Shown here in pieces: positions 41,640-55,000 of a stretch of 64,000 bases of DNA. Position 1 is the stretch's first letter, and each line of letters opens with the position of its first letter. A model generated the notes under the pieces. The model was not told where the DNA came from and made no database searches. It saw only the letters and a list, made by a program, of their open reading frames with translations. A program made the translations under genes and the position numbers. The stretch comes from Aplysia californica (taxonomy: Eukaryota). The stretch is from the NCBI RefSeq assembly GCF_000002075.1, contig NW_004797416.1, positions 480,038-544,037 of the forward strand. The letters run 5' to 3'.

Positions 41640-44600
41640 AATTTTTTAAAATTATGTTATCTGTATATCACATAGTAAACGGTGAGAAAGTTGGATGCTT
41701 AGGGAAGATGTTAGCATTGACAATTTAGAATGGATTTATTTTTTATATCATACATCTTCCTGAAGGTTCGAGGCTCTCTGAGGACTGAAATATTTTCTGT
41801 AATACTAATTAGTAGTGGTACAGTGTTTTCTCTTCTTCTGTGTGCTTTAGTAAGATCATAAAGTACTGGAAAGGGTTAAGTACTGAGTCCTGATATATGT
41901 AGTCATGTAAAAGACAAATGTATTTTGCACATTAGCCACGATTCAAGAGAACTGGCCTTTGTAAATGAATAAATCTTGTTTTCAGTGGCTACACTTACAG
42001 TAGAGTTGAAGATAAAAAGTTATGTGATATTTGCTGTTTGAAAACTTGATGTGAGAATTGTGTGCAGTGGGAATACAGGTATTTGTCTGAATATTGATTT
42101 GGCAGTATGCAGTTGTGACACTGTTGTGTGAATTTTTATACATTTGTGAAGTAAATATTTCATGGTGCTCCATGCTTTAGTTAATGCGTGAATGAAGGAA
42201 ACAATGTAAATTTGTGAATTGGCTGTTGATTGGGGAATGTTTGAAGTTGAAGTTCATTTAGTTTTGACAATAGATGACCAAGACGGAAAAAAATGTGAAT
42301 ATTGAGAGAAAACACTCGTATGATGAATACTTGTTTAAAATCTAATGGATGTTTGAGAGTCATTTTGCAATTTTGAGGCTTTTCAACTGAGTATCGAATG
42401 CTTTTTTATAGTAGCCATTGCACTCGTATTTTTTTGAAAGATTATTATTAACTTTGAATCTTGAATGACTTGGTTTTACAATGATTCAACAAATAAAAAC
42501 GAATTAGTTTGAACTGTGTGCCTTCTTTTATTTTCTAGTTTGTGTCCTTTTTGTTGCTCATTACAACTACAACCCAGTACAGGTGGTTGGAGGGTGATGC
42601 ACTGAAACGAGCTCCTACTTCTTTTCTTTCCTTTTCAGTATTGAGTTTCCCTCTGTAGTAACTTTCACCTTGTTGTCCTTCTTTCTGAAATGGCAGACCC
42701 AAGTGAAGAGATTTTTTGTTCTTTTGTCTTTAGCATTGTCACTCTGGTTGGTGGGTGGTTGGTGGGTGTTCTGGTGTGGTTTGCTCTTTCTTCCCTATCA
42801 TACATCCGCTGCCCTTATCCCCCCTCCTTCCTTATTTTTTTTGTGTTAGTTACTCTCTTGTAACACCTCTTACCTTTGGTACTTATATAACCCCATGACC
42901 TTATTGTGTTGGAAGTGCCATAAAATGCTTACTATAGTAAAAGTAAAACTAAACTTTTTTTTGTCATTCTGCTTTTCTTTTTTTTTTCTTTGAAATTTGG
43001 CACCCTGCTAGTACTAAACACAGAGCTGTTTTTTTTCAGAGAGCCCCCATCCCCCTGCTAGTACTAGACACAGAGTGGATGAGCGCCGCCCCCCCCCCCC
43101 CCCCAAGGAATAAAAATCCAACGAACTAATCACTAACAAGCATACACCAGCTTTGCAGTTTATTTTGATGAACAAAGTCATTAGGAAACACAAACCATAT
43201 GCAACATGCAGTGTGTTGAAGTTGAACTTGCATAGTCTAATGCTAAAACATGTGATACTCATAGAAGTAATAAAGTTCTATAGAAATGAGTCTTAATACT
43301 ATGAATATGTGGCATTGTAAATTGAACCAAAACATAATACGGTATATAAGCTTGTTCAGTGTGACTGGATATGTTTGTTCATTAATCCTTCTGTTGTAAT
43401 AGTGTAATGCTTAGAGAGGGCGCAAAAACAACAAGTTGTGTTTAGTATAAATTTGCGAGTATAACTCGTCTCAACCTTAGTTTATCCTAGGCATCACCAA
43501 AATGTCATTAATTGCACGTTTTCTTCTTTTCACTGTGCTTAAAAAAACCCTCAATTATATCAATAGCCTGAATGGCTCTATATTTACAAGTGTGTTGTGC
43601 AAGGTAGAAATGTTTCCACACACACACACACACTCATATGACCTTATGCAGTAAAACCCTCAACTGTAAAAAAAATACACACACAAACACACACACACAC
43701 CACGCGCGCGCTGGCGAAATGCGTAATAAGATGTTAGATTGCAAAATAAGCCCGTTTGTGACCAAACAAAGAGACATATCCCATAAAATCCCTTGTACCC
43801 GACTATTGCCAACGGTTACGTTGCTTTAATAGTTTCTTGAATTCCTTAAATTTTCACTAAAGATTAAGAAGAGTAAGACACTACATGTATTTATGTTTTT
43901 CATACAAAGGGAGCTGTTTTTCAGAGAGAGAAAAAAAAGGGGGGGGGGTTGCTTTATTGTAAAGCTTATGAAGTAACAGCCTTATTTGTCACAATAAATG
44001 AATGGATAAATCTGTAACATTTAGTTACTGTTCTTTTCTGAGATAACTTTTCCTATCTGGGTTGGTAACTTGCCCAAAATCTATTTTAACAGATGCATAA
44101 ACCGTTAGAATAAAATAAAACTGAATATAAATAAAGCAACCCCTTGTATGAAACTTTCAATAAGTATTTCCTTGTATCCTCTTGCTTAAAGCAAAAGTGC
44201 ACTAAATAATGTTGAAGAACTAAAAGCAGTTTCTCAAGGTTAAACTGAACTGAGTAGGCCCTAATGAGTTCTCTGTTAATAATGTAGCATTCCTGTGTAT
44301 ATATATCTAGATTGCTGATGGTCCGCTTGACTATCTACCTAAATGTTTTGTACTATTCGACGGCCTACCATCTGTCAAATCTGACTACTGTTTCACTTGA
44401 CGGTCAACCAGTACCTGTCTACAAACAATCCACTATACTCAAAATTTCACAATGTTTTTGATTTCAATGATATAGGCACCGTACTCCATAATTGCTACAG
44501 TATTTAGCCGAACACTTGACTGTGCTGGTTTTTTTCTTTGCCTTTTCCATCAGTAGATCTAACATTTCCACTTATCAACAACTCCAGATTGTCATTTGGA

Positions 44601-47044
44601 AAATTCTCTTTTTCTTGAAACAAGGCTTTACTATGCGCACTCTGAAGAGACAGATCACCCATAGCTGACATTTTCATCACAAGCCTTGAAAAGAAAAGCC
44701 TCTGATTCTAATTGAAAACAAGCAGCCTCTTAAAACCCTTCACGGGAGGAAAGACCCTTGAGGACTATTTTCTATGTTTGTTGCCCGAGATCAAATCTAA
44801 GTGCACATATAAGTTAGGCATAGGAAAATCTTTTGAAACGCAATTTTATTCTTTGCTATGGAAACGGCTGCCATCTTGAAAATAAACAATGGATTTCAAA
44901 TCCCTAAGGCTTTCTAGTTATTGACCTACCAATTTTGACCTAATATGGTGAGAGTATACCTGAACCAGACCCTATCAGTGTAACAGCAAGTTTTTTTTCA
45001 ATAAGAGCAAAAGAAAGAAAAAATGACAGTTTTCCTAAAGTATAAAAAAAACTTTTCTAAATTTAGGTTGCGTAATAGCTTGCAAATGGAACAGTTGTGT
45101 TTTTTTCACAAATATCTCTACGTCACATTGATGGCAGCCTTGCTATCTACGTTTCCTGAAAGTTTCATGTCAAAAGGAGGAAAACTAAGGAAGGAGTAGT
45201 ATAGGGAAAAAACTGCAAAAATATGACATTTTGAGAAAAATGACAATTATTGTGAAAATTCACAATATTAACCCACCCTCATTTTTTCAAAGCCAATTTA
45301 AGAGGAGAATAAAGACTTTCTCATTTGCCTCCTTGCTATTTTTGGACAAAGAACTGGTTGACCTTTAAAAATCAGCCAACATCCCAATTCACATAACCTG
45401 ACCCAAAATCTGCAAAATCAAAGGTTGCTCCTCCCCTTAATCAAAACATTGACCCATATTATTGTAGCGTAGATAAAATTGCAATCAACCAATTCAGACT
45501 CAATGGGGTGGGGGTAACAGTTGATTTTTTTAAAAAGAAGACTGGTTTACAACAAATTAAAAAAACACACAATTGGATTAAATACATAGTTTTTCACTTT
45601 ATTGCAGGTTTTGATTGAGCCTTTTCAATTACTGATTTACACGTTTTGAATGGCTAAAGATTTTGTATATTATGATTATACATCTTTTCATAGTAAGTGC
45701 ACATAATAATAATAGAGTACTGTACATTTGTAAGGCACAAACACTGAATGTTTACACTCAGAGTAAAAAGTACAAACGGAAGGTAGAACAGTAGTCATTA
45801 GCGTACAATAATTGCAACAACATGGAGAAATACTGGAGTGTAGCTCTGCATTTATAGGTAACAAAAAACCCCCCCCAAACTGCAGAGGTTCATTCCTGAC
45901 AAGAGCCAAGGAACATCTAAAAAACAACAAACTCCACACATTGTAGGATATAAGTTTTTAAAGAATAAAATAAAAGTCATTTTAAATTTGAACTTAAGTT
46001 AGTCAAGGCTAATCATTATATATAGATCTATGTGTCAAACATCTCTAAAAACAGAAGCTTAGTCTGCTTTCCTATCTCACTGTAAAAATCCAATGGAGTT
46101 ATTTAATTACTCCGACCTATTATGATCGCTATGGAGGGCAGTGAAAAGCAGAATTCTCCAACAAAGTATATAATTCTGCCCACAAATGCCATGCCTCCTT
46201 TATTTTCCTCCATATTCCATATTACCAAACACAGTCATACCCCTTATAATAAACATTATTCGATTTTAGCCTATCACAGATGAAATCATGGCTGCATCTT
46301 GTTCTCAGTATTTTGGAACATGGTTTTTACACTTTGTGCAGACTGGTGTCTCAAATTAAGACTGAAGGTCACTCTATCAGGGACTTTACGAGTGTGCACA
46401 GGCCAAAATGAAGAAAACAACTGGCCCAGTACCCTACATGCTGAAAGTAACTGCCGTTAAAATAGAGGTCTATAACATAAAAATCTCTTAGGCAGCAACA
46501 GAAAGAATTTATAAGACATTCCATCCAGTTCTCTCTCTCTCTCACCTCTCCTTATTTTGTTAAAACCTTCAAAGACATAGGGCTATATGTTGCTACTTTC
46601 TAAATAATATATTGTGAACAGTGTTTTTCTCCCAGGTTAAAAAAATAACAGTGAAGGCATATAAATGGTGTCGACACGCAACGGTCATGGAGTTTTGGCT
46701 GCACTGTGAGACAGAAAACCTGATTACTTGAAAAAGAAACAAAGGAGAAAACATCTCAGATGCTCTGAAAAACGCAAAGCATTAATAAATCTTCCTCAGA
46801 CTCAGAATCCGATCCTTTCTAGGGAGAGTGGTACAAGTACTCTTTATGACCTGAGGTAGCTTTTGACTTTTTTTTTCTATAGATATTTCAATACTGACGG
46901 GTGATTCATGAGGCAGCTTCTATGTTTTCATGTCCTTCTGTCATTGGATTGTGTCAGGTGAAAAATCCTTTCAAAGAATATAATTGGAAGTCTTGTGGGG
47001 ATTGAACCCAGCACCTAATGATCATATGAAAAGTTTTTTAACTA

Positions 47045-47208
47045 CAGTATAGCACGGATAGCTCAAATTCGTCCGGACCGGCCTTGGTAGTTCGAGTGAT
47101 CCGTGATACAATGGATATCTTACTAAGATATAGAAGAAGCAAAAAACCGGGACCGCAGGTACAGTTCGATTTCAAGTCTTCTGTGTTTGACTAATCCGTG
47201 TTATACTG
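47045..47208. mobile_element. Tigger/pogo-like MITE; related sequence at about 37996-38070
   Basis: TA|CAGTATAGCACGGAT...ATCCGTGTTATACTG|TA. Internal GGACCGGCCTYGGTAGTTCGAG shared with about 38021-38043. Confidence 0.75.
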
Positions 47209-47225
47209 TATATTAGTAATAGTTA

Positions 47226-47463
47226 CACAACAGCACAGACACACAGAAACACACATATACATTGTATAGTATACAGCATACACACACAGACACACAGAAA
47301 CACACACGTACATTGTATAACATACAGCATACACACACAGACACACAAATGAAAACATACACACATACAGACTAGGACTCCCTATCTCTCTCTCTCTCTC
47401 TCTCGCTCGCCCCCCCCCCCCCCAATCCAATCCCCCCCCTCTGTGTGTGTGTGTGTGTGTGTG
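47226..47463. repeat. CA-rich minisatellite (about 54-bp unit) followed by (CT)n, poly-C and (GT)n
   Basis: CACAGACACACAGAAACACAC...CATTGTATA..ATACAGCATACAC repeated about 2.5 times. Confidence 0.8.
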
Positions 47464-48439
47464 CCAGGCTAATTACAGTATAAATGCTCAAACAGCAAAA
47501 ACATGGGACATGCATTTTATGATGACAAAAGTAGCTAGATTAATAATTATTAATCTGTAAGACTATATATAAAATGTTCTAATCTATAATCTTGTTAATA
47601 CTTTCCAAATCAATTGACCACTCATGAGGCCTATGCTCTGAAAATTTTATCATTAAGGAAAATGACTATAAATCTGTAAGAATAACTTTAAAAAGAGCTA
47701 GAATAATGTCATGTGTGAAGGAAAGTGCATAGAAATAAATGGCAGCAATGAATAATTATGAAGACATAAATCAACTGAACAGAACATTTTGATAAATTTA
47801 TTTACACTACTCCTGTGAATGCCCCTTTGTAAAAACATCTGTATTTCAAAGAGGCCCCATCTTTCTCCTTACTAATAAATAAATAAATATATATATATAC
47901 CGGTATATATATATATATACATATATGTATATACCGGTAAAAAAAACTCATCCTGTCTCATCAGTATATCTCTCTGCAAGCCTCACCCTCTCTGGGGCTG
48001 ACTTTGTGTCCTTGGGAAAGACACTTCTGACTTTATACAAATTTTTCTCACTTCACCTTGGTGGGAATGGGTAATGGCTATAGAAACAGAAAGCGAAAGA
48101 TCTTGACAGTTCATGAGTATCCCAATTCTTAATCAGTCGATTTGACTGTATGCTTCCAGAAAAACCAAGAATTTTATGAATGCCTATGGGGGTAATAGTA
48201 ATTGTGTAGTTCATAGAGCATGCTGTAGAGCATGGATGTGTGCTATAGAAATACAATTAATATTATTATTATTTTCATTATCATTATTTTTATTATTTCT
48301 ATTATTATTATGTCAAAATACACACCTCTGAGCTACCTATATAAGTTGAAATGATTGACAGAACAATCCATCTGGGACAGAAGTTGTTTAAAAAAGAATT
48401 ATAACATTTTCCTTTCTTAGCCAATGCAGCTCGTATGAA

Positions 48440-48812
48440 GCGCAATAAATAAATAAATAAATAGCATTTGTATAGTGCAAGCAGCAAATACCTGCTCAAA
48501 AGCAAGCTCTAAGCACTTTACAATATATATTATTACCCAAGCAGAACCTACCCTATAGCATTCTGAATCAATCTTAACTTCCTGGGATGCAAACGGTGCT
48601 GGCTGCCATTTTATAGACACTAGAACACTAACATACTGACAAGATCTTTCGCTGTTTAAGGCCAGGTACCAATTCACACCTGGATAAAGTGAGGAAAATT
48701 CGGGCAAAGTGCTTTTCCCAAGGACACAATGTTGGGCTTAAGGCTCGATTTCTGAATCCGCACCCTCACGGTTACCAGTCGGGTGGCCTAACTAATAGAC
48801 TACTGACTTCAC
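48440..48812 (-). mobile_element. CORE-type SINE with L2/CR1-like tail
   Basis: Minus strand GTGTCCTTGGGAAAAGCACTTT...CCAGGTGTGAATTGGTACC, tail GTAAAGTGCTTAGAG...CACTATACAAATGC(TATT)n. The same tail occurs at about 58510-58578 (+). Confidence 0.7.
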
Positions 48813-48860
48813 AATAACAAATATATCTTTGACTTTGTCTCTATTCTTAGAATATATATA

Positions 48861-49835
48861 CGAGGGCTGTCCCACGGAATACCGGAAAAGGTCCGTAAAA
48901 GCAAAAATCTTTGTCCTATTATAATAAAAATGTAACACATCATACCTCAACATGTGCTTTATTTCTCAATGTAATCACCATCCCGCTGGACACATTTTTC
49001 CCATCGTTGGATCTGGGAGAAGATACCCTCCCTGAAGAATCTTTCGTCAAGGGATTTCAACCAATCGTTCACGGCTTCCACGAGGTCTTCGTTGTCGGTG
49101 AATCGCTGTCCAGAAATATGGCGTTTCATTGGCTCAAAAAGGTGATAATCTGACAGGGCCAAGTCAGGACTGTGAGGGGGGTGTAGTAGAACTTCCTAGC
49201 CAAACCTTTGGAACCAGTCTTTCGGGACGTTTGCGGTGTGTGGCGTTGTGTTGCCATGCTGCAAAATGACCCCGCTGGTCTTTTTCGGCCCCAACCCATC
49301 AAGCAGAGACCTTTCAATAGTGCAGCTCATCAAACTCTATCCAATAGACAGTCGACTTTGAAATGTTTAGCGACTCGCAAATTTTGCGAATTTTTAGGCG
49401 CCCGTCTATTTGAATAAGTTCGTTAATGCGACTCTTGTTGTCCTCAGTCTTGGCAGAAAAACAAGATCCTGGGTAAACTTTGTCATTGATATCGGAGTGC
49501 CCGGCTTTGAACTTACTACATCACTCATATACCTGTGACTTTGCCATTACTTTCTTCCCATAAACTGACTTTATTTCAGTGTGTATTTCTAGAGGTTTGA
49601 GACCTTTTGCGGTCAGAAACCGAATGACAGACCTTACTTCTACCCTTGACCAATTTTCCAAGGGGGTAGCCATCTTTTGAGAACTGCTGTGCTCGTTTGG
49701 TTTGTGGGATGCTCATGGTGCTCAATCGGGAAATTTCTAAATGATTGTTTTACAAGTGTGCGTTTACAGAATGGGAAAATATTGAATAGTTTTCAAATTA
49801 CAGCCAAATTCCGGTTTTCCGTGGGACAGCCCTCG
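48861..49835 (-). mobile_element. Internally deleted mariner (DD34D) transposon with transposase pseudogene
   Basis: 27-bp TIRs CGAGGGCTGTCCCACGGAAWACCGGAA (1 mismatch) and TA TSD. N-terminus MATPLENWSRVEVRSVIRFLTAKG from 49673; C-terminus HPPHSPDLALSDYHLF...RWEKCVQRDGDYIEK to 48959. Internal stop; HDNA reads HGNA. Confidence 0.95.
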
Positions 49836-52013
49836 TATATATATAAAAGTGGACTTTGGAGGCTTTGTGCACAAACTCCTCCCTTTTTACCTAACCCACA
49901 CTTTTAAAACTTTGCAGGCGTCCACAGCATCCATGTAGCTAGGACCTAACTTTAAAAAATCAACGCAAACTGCTTTCCCCGATTTTTCCTAAATGCTTTG
50001 TTTCGTCCACACACAGTTCTAGGCATAGGCTAACTTACGATCAACAATTTCGCAGTCTCATTACTTAAAAACCGGAAATCTTTTCTCGACACAATATTTC
50101 ATGATGTCAAACCTCCCTTTTCGAACTTCATGTTGCGGATCACTTACAGAGTTGTATTTTTCTGTGGTAATTAGACTTAGAAGATATATATCTTAAATCT
50201 TTGTGATAGACCATTTAAAGGGTGCACAGTTATATTAAGGAGTCTGAAGTCACAGTAGTTTAATTTTTGTTTTTTCATTAGTTTCGTTTAGATCAAATCT
50301 TGGGAAAGTCCATCTTCTAAGATGCCATTCTAAACGAGGGAGGCCTCCGTTCACAAGCAGTACGTATCTTCCCACAATGACTTGAAGATCGATTCTTTTG
50401 AGTCTGTTCATCGAACGGGGTACCCAGCTAGTCAAACATAAAAGCTCTGAGTGTTGTGAAAGAAAAATGATAAAAATGATGATGATGACGATGATGATAC
50501 AACATGATGCAACTAAAAAGCATTTTCTAAACTATATTCAAGTCTTGTGTTTTTCATACTGTTCAACAATGATGATCATGATGATGATGGTGACGATGAT
50601 GTGAAAAGAAAATCGCCTCTCACTCAATAATAAAAATGGTACCAAAGAGATAATAAGCATAAAAAATGATGCTAGGGTAAAAACTAAAGCACAACATGAA
50701 GTGACCTACAGACCTCCAGTTTTTTCATTGATCTCCTTAATCACCACATAACTCTTCCACCCATGATAGAGAGAGAGACAAGAGTTGGGAAGCACTGAGA
50801 ACTTAGCAGATCGATGAATAATCTCTTCATTTCTTAACCCATCATTAAGAGGCAAAATAAACGGGATATATGGTACGCACTGTTCAGGGTTTCCACTCAT
50901 CAAGGAGAAAAAATGTCCAACTATTTTCAAAGTAAATTCTTTTCTTAAGACAGCAGAGCTAGTAAAAAGAAATGAAGAGAAATGCAAGATAAAAGTCCTA
51001 ATATGGTAAGGACAAGTCCCTTTTCCTGGGGTGTCAAAGACAGGGGTTGTAGTATAACGGCAACGTAAGCAAAGGCATGATGAAAGAGATCTCGAATAGC
51101 TTTTCGTTTATGGAGTTCGGGAAAAAAAAGAAGTTGGGGGAGGGGGTAGTTTACTAGTAATAAATTGTCGGTTGGTCAGTTCGAATCTTGCAGAAACAAA
51201 ACCCGATGGGATATGTCATGAGTCACAAGGTTGTGATCCTGATTGTGCATCACTACACACTATGTTGCCCTCTGCAGCTGGTTGTTTTATGTTTCAAATT
51301 TAATCGTTATTTTTCTTTTTAATTATCTCATTGGCCAAAATCAACACCCACAATGCAAAAGCATAGGAATTTTTTTAACACCTTGTCAAACTAATGTGGC
51401 CTTACCCCTAGCTTTTGAACAACTAATGTTTTTTTTAAAGGGCAAGCTGTTTAAACTGAGCGATTACAAGGGCCCTCTGCACAGTGAGCCCAGTTAGACA
51501 CCTGCACGTAGTGATGAAGACTGTTGGGTGTCAGGATCTGATTGTCTTCCTAACGTGTTTATACACTGGGAAAGTGGGGATGGGTTGGGGTAGCCGAATG
51601 GCAAATAAATTATTAGAACTCGGAATCAAAAGTGTTATGATTGTACAAGTATTTTTGCAAACAGTTACATCTACATCAACATTACAAAATCTGCTAACGA
51701 AATGAACTCTCAGCTAAAAATTAGATTATCAGTCAGAGTGGTTAAGTGTGCAAACAGGCTTACGGGCCCTTTAGAAAAAAAAAAATCCTTGCAGGAAGGA
51801 CGCTAAAAAGAGAGAGGAAGACAAGACATCTTAGGGAGATGATGAAGATATAAAAGCTTGTATACATGAATATAAAATACTTAAAGCTTTGGGGAAATAG
51901 GAACACAATTCATCTTTCATTATTTGTATGTCAAATATTGAAGAAAGTCAAAACTGATCGGGCAAATGAAATGTCAACAGATGAAGAGCGTGGAATTGAA
52001 TTCAAATAGTCTA

Positions 52014-55000
52014 TTAAGCTTTGTCATATATGTTGTCTGTCAAAGTCGGAGCTGCTTCTCTCTGAAAGGAGGAGTAATCATCCTTTCCAGAACTGTCATA
52101 GATGTTCTGAGGAGCGACATCAGGTTGCTCCCTCAAGTGGTTGTATATTCCACTGTTGCTGGAACGACTTTCCTGTCTGGGGAGTGGAATAGGAGCTTTC
52201 TGCAGCGGTGCAGATATCTGGAGAAAAGAAAGAAATGAATGAATAAACAAACAAATAAATTAATTGACTGCGGAGCTGGTAAATTTAAAAAAAAAAATTT
52301 ATAACACAAACAAGTGGATGAATACATAAAATAAAGAATAAAAACAAAACATGGCATGGCAAGAACCAGAATAAAAATGAGTTGAAATTTTCTGCAATGA
52401 TTTTGTACAAGTTCTGTGAGTTGAATATTTCTTCATCTGCAAACAATTGATGAAGAATTATGAAATAAGACATTTAAACATGCCATAAGTTGAGTTGAGA
52501 AGAGTTTTGATATAAGAGTTGAAAACAAGTTAATGTTTCTCCTTCTTCCTCCCTCCTTTACAAACATCTTGTTTCTTAAAACCTAAGACACATTGAGGGA
52601 AGTGAAGCCCACGGGACAAAATTTCGACAGTACTATTAGATGTTACAACCCTCAAATCATTTCTATCCCATGTTAATACAGTGCAACTCAGATTTAACGA
52701 ACTCGGATTTAACTAATGGAAGCAGATTCCTTGTTTGTTTTTTAATTAATGAAAACAAACAAAATAACTTGGATTCAACAAACACAAAAATGAAAAAAAT
52801 CAAATTCAATGCAGTCATAAAGGAAGGAAGACACAAGTGTTCTGGGAGTGGAAAGTTATAGACGAGTCACAATCATATCCACCCTCTCCCTCCTGCTACT
52901 GGACAATGAAAGGCTAAACAAGACATAGATGTTAATCTACGTAATGAACTGTGCGCTGGTCTGTGGGAACAGACATTGTCATATGCCCTACATTATGTCT
53001 CAACTTGTCGCTCATATTGCTATAACAAACTCTCGGATTCAACTAAATCGAAGGTCAGGCCTGACGACTTCATTATATCCGAGTTTCACTGTTATAAAGA
53101 GAAGATAATTTTGGACACTTTCCCATTTTTGAACAGATAACCCTTCCATCAATTGTATTTCTTTTTCTACACCTTGTTGAATCAAACAGAGGGGGAAATA
53201 ACAAAATAACAAAACGATACCAAAATATTTGGTACAATATAAAAACATACACACATACACAAACACACGTACAATTTGCTTCTCCTTCTTGTGATTCATA
53301 CATCAAAAGCTTAATACACTGTAGGCCTACCTGGTGAGCAAAAGAATAAGGACGGACTTCTGGTTCATTATTCTCAGAGTTCTCTTTTTCACATCCTTTA
53401 TAGTTGTTGTTGCCAGGACCCGTCTCTTCATATTGATTTTCAAGTTCAAAGTACTCATCCTGCTTTAATCCTGTCTCCCCCTTGAGCAGTTTTTCCTCAC
53501 TCTCGTCCTTACTCATGGAGTGGGCCGGCTTGTGAGGCTGGGAGTAAATAACTTCCATAGGGAAGTTAGGGCCATTTGGAACATCTGGTTCATGTTCTCC
53601 GTCAGATAAGCTTGAATCCGTTACATACTTTCCTGAGCTTCTGAGCCTGTGGATTCATCCATTTGTAAGCATACAGCTTAAACATTATTGTTAACAAAAA
53701 TTCTCCATTTATATCATAATATGAATATATATATATATATGAGTGTAGGTCTGTTTGTGAGTGTAAGTGTATATTACAGCTCAACTCAATCCCTCCTCTG
53801 TTCGTCTCCGTTCTTTGTACTGGGAGATGTGAAGGTGGTTCCTACTTCTTTACTTGGATTGAAATATAATTATTTCCTGACTTGCTTTTTCCCAGTACTG
53901 GCCTAAACACACATAAGGTCTTGGTGTGCTCAACCTAGGTAAACTAATGAATAAGATATATAACAACAACAACAGCAACAACAACAATAATAATAATTAT
54001 AATCCAGAGTAAACATGTCTTAATGAAAAAATACCTTTAAAACAACTTGATAACCACACTTTCTCAGTGCTTTAAAATTTTGATTTATTCTTACTAATGA
54101 TATCAGTTACGACTGATCATCATTATAAATTATTAAAATCATCATCATCATTTTCTTAAAGCGACAAAAATCTGTTTTCATTAACACTGACTTTCCTAGT
54201 CAAAAAAGTGTAAGTTGCTGTATACTGCTACGAAACAGCTTCATTTTAGTGAGAGGAGAGTTCACCTTTTCCGTACACAGTGTGCTACTGTCAGCAGAAG
54301 AACGATGATTAGGACAGCTCCAACCACAATACACAGAATGTACACAGTACCTGTGTCAAAACAAAGGGAAAAAGAGACATGCAGTTGAACCAGCTCTAAT
54401 GCCCACCTGTGTAAGAAAATTCCTTGTACAAACGGCCATTTCCTCCCTTGCATATTCCTTACATTATAATGACACTGTGTAAAACAGCCTACTATTTTAA
54501 ATGGCTACTTTTCTCCTTGACAATGGGTGGCTGTCTTAGACAGTTTCGACTGTACTCTAATTTTCCTCTTGTTTTGTGTCAGTACAAAATTGGGGAATTT
54601 TCATTTTTCCTAAAGTATTTTGGTACAAACTAGCAACTATGCAGACAGTTCATTTCTCGGTGCATTTTGCCTATTAACTAACTTGTGCCTGAGCTATTTT
54701 TCACCCAACAACAATTGCACCCTGACAGTTCTTGGGTTTATTTAATCGCTAAAAAAAAAAGACAGAGAAAGCTATCATAGTTTTTTTAATGCAAAAAAAA
54801 GAAAGAAAGAAATGCTCTCACAGAAAAAGAAAATCGCATCGGATTCATCAGAATAGTTTATATTTAATTAATATTTTGAAAAGGCAATGTCTTGGGGTTA
54901 CGTAATTTTTTTTGTGCTGCCCAATTTGTAATAAAATGATCTATTGCAATGCGGGGGTGACAGACTTAGTCGGTTAAAGCTAAAAAAGTATTGCACATAA

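Noticed and set aside
44700-45440. Possible Kolobok-like transposon end (...CTCCCC|TTAA)
   Set aside because: I could not find the matching opposite terminus, so boundaries cannot be supported.
45487-45500. AACCAATTCAGACT, resembling the 3' conserved region of RNase P RNA
   Set aside because: No matching upstream GGAAGGTCTGA-type region; the flank is AT-rich repeat-like DNA.
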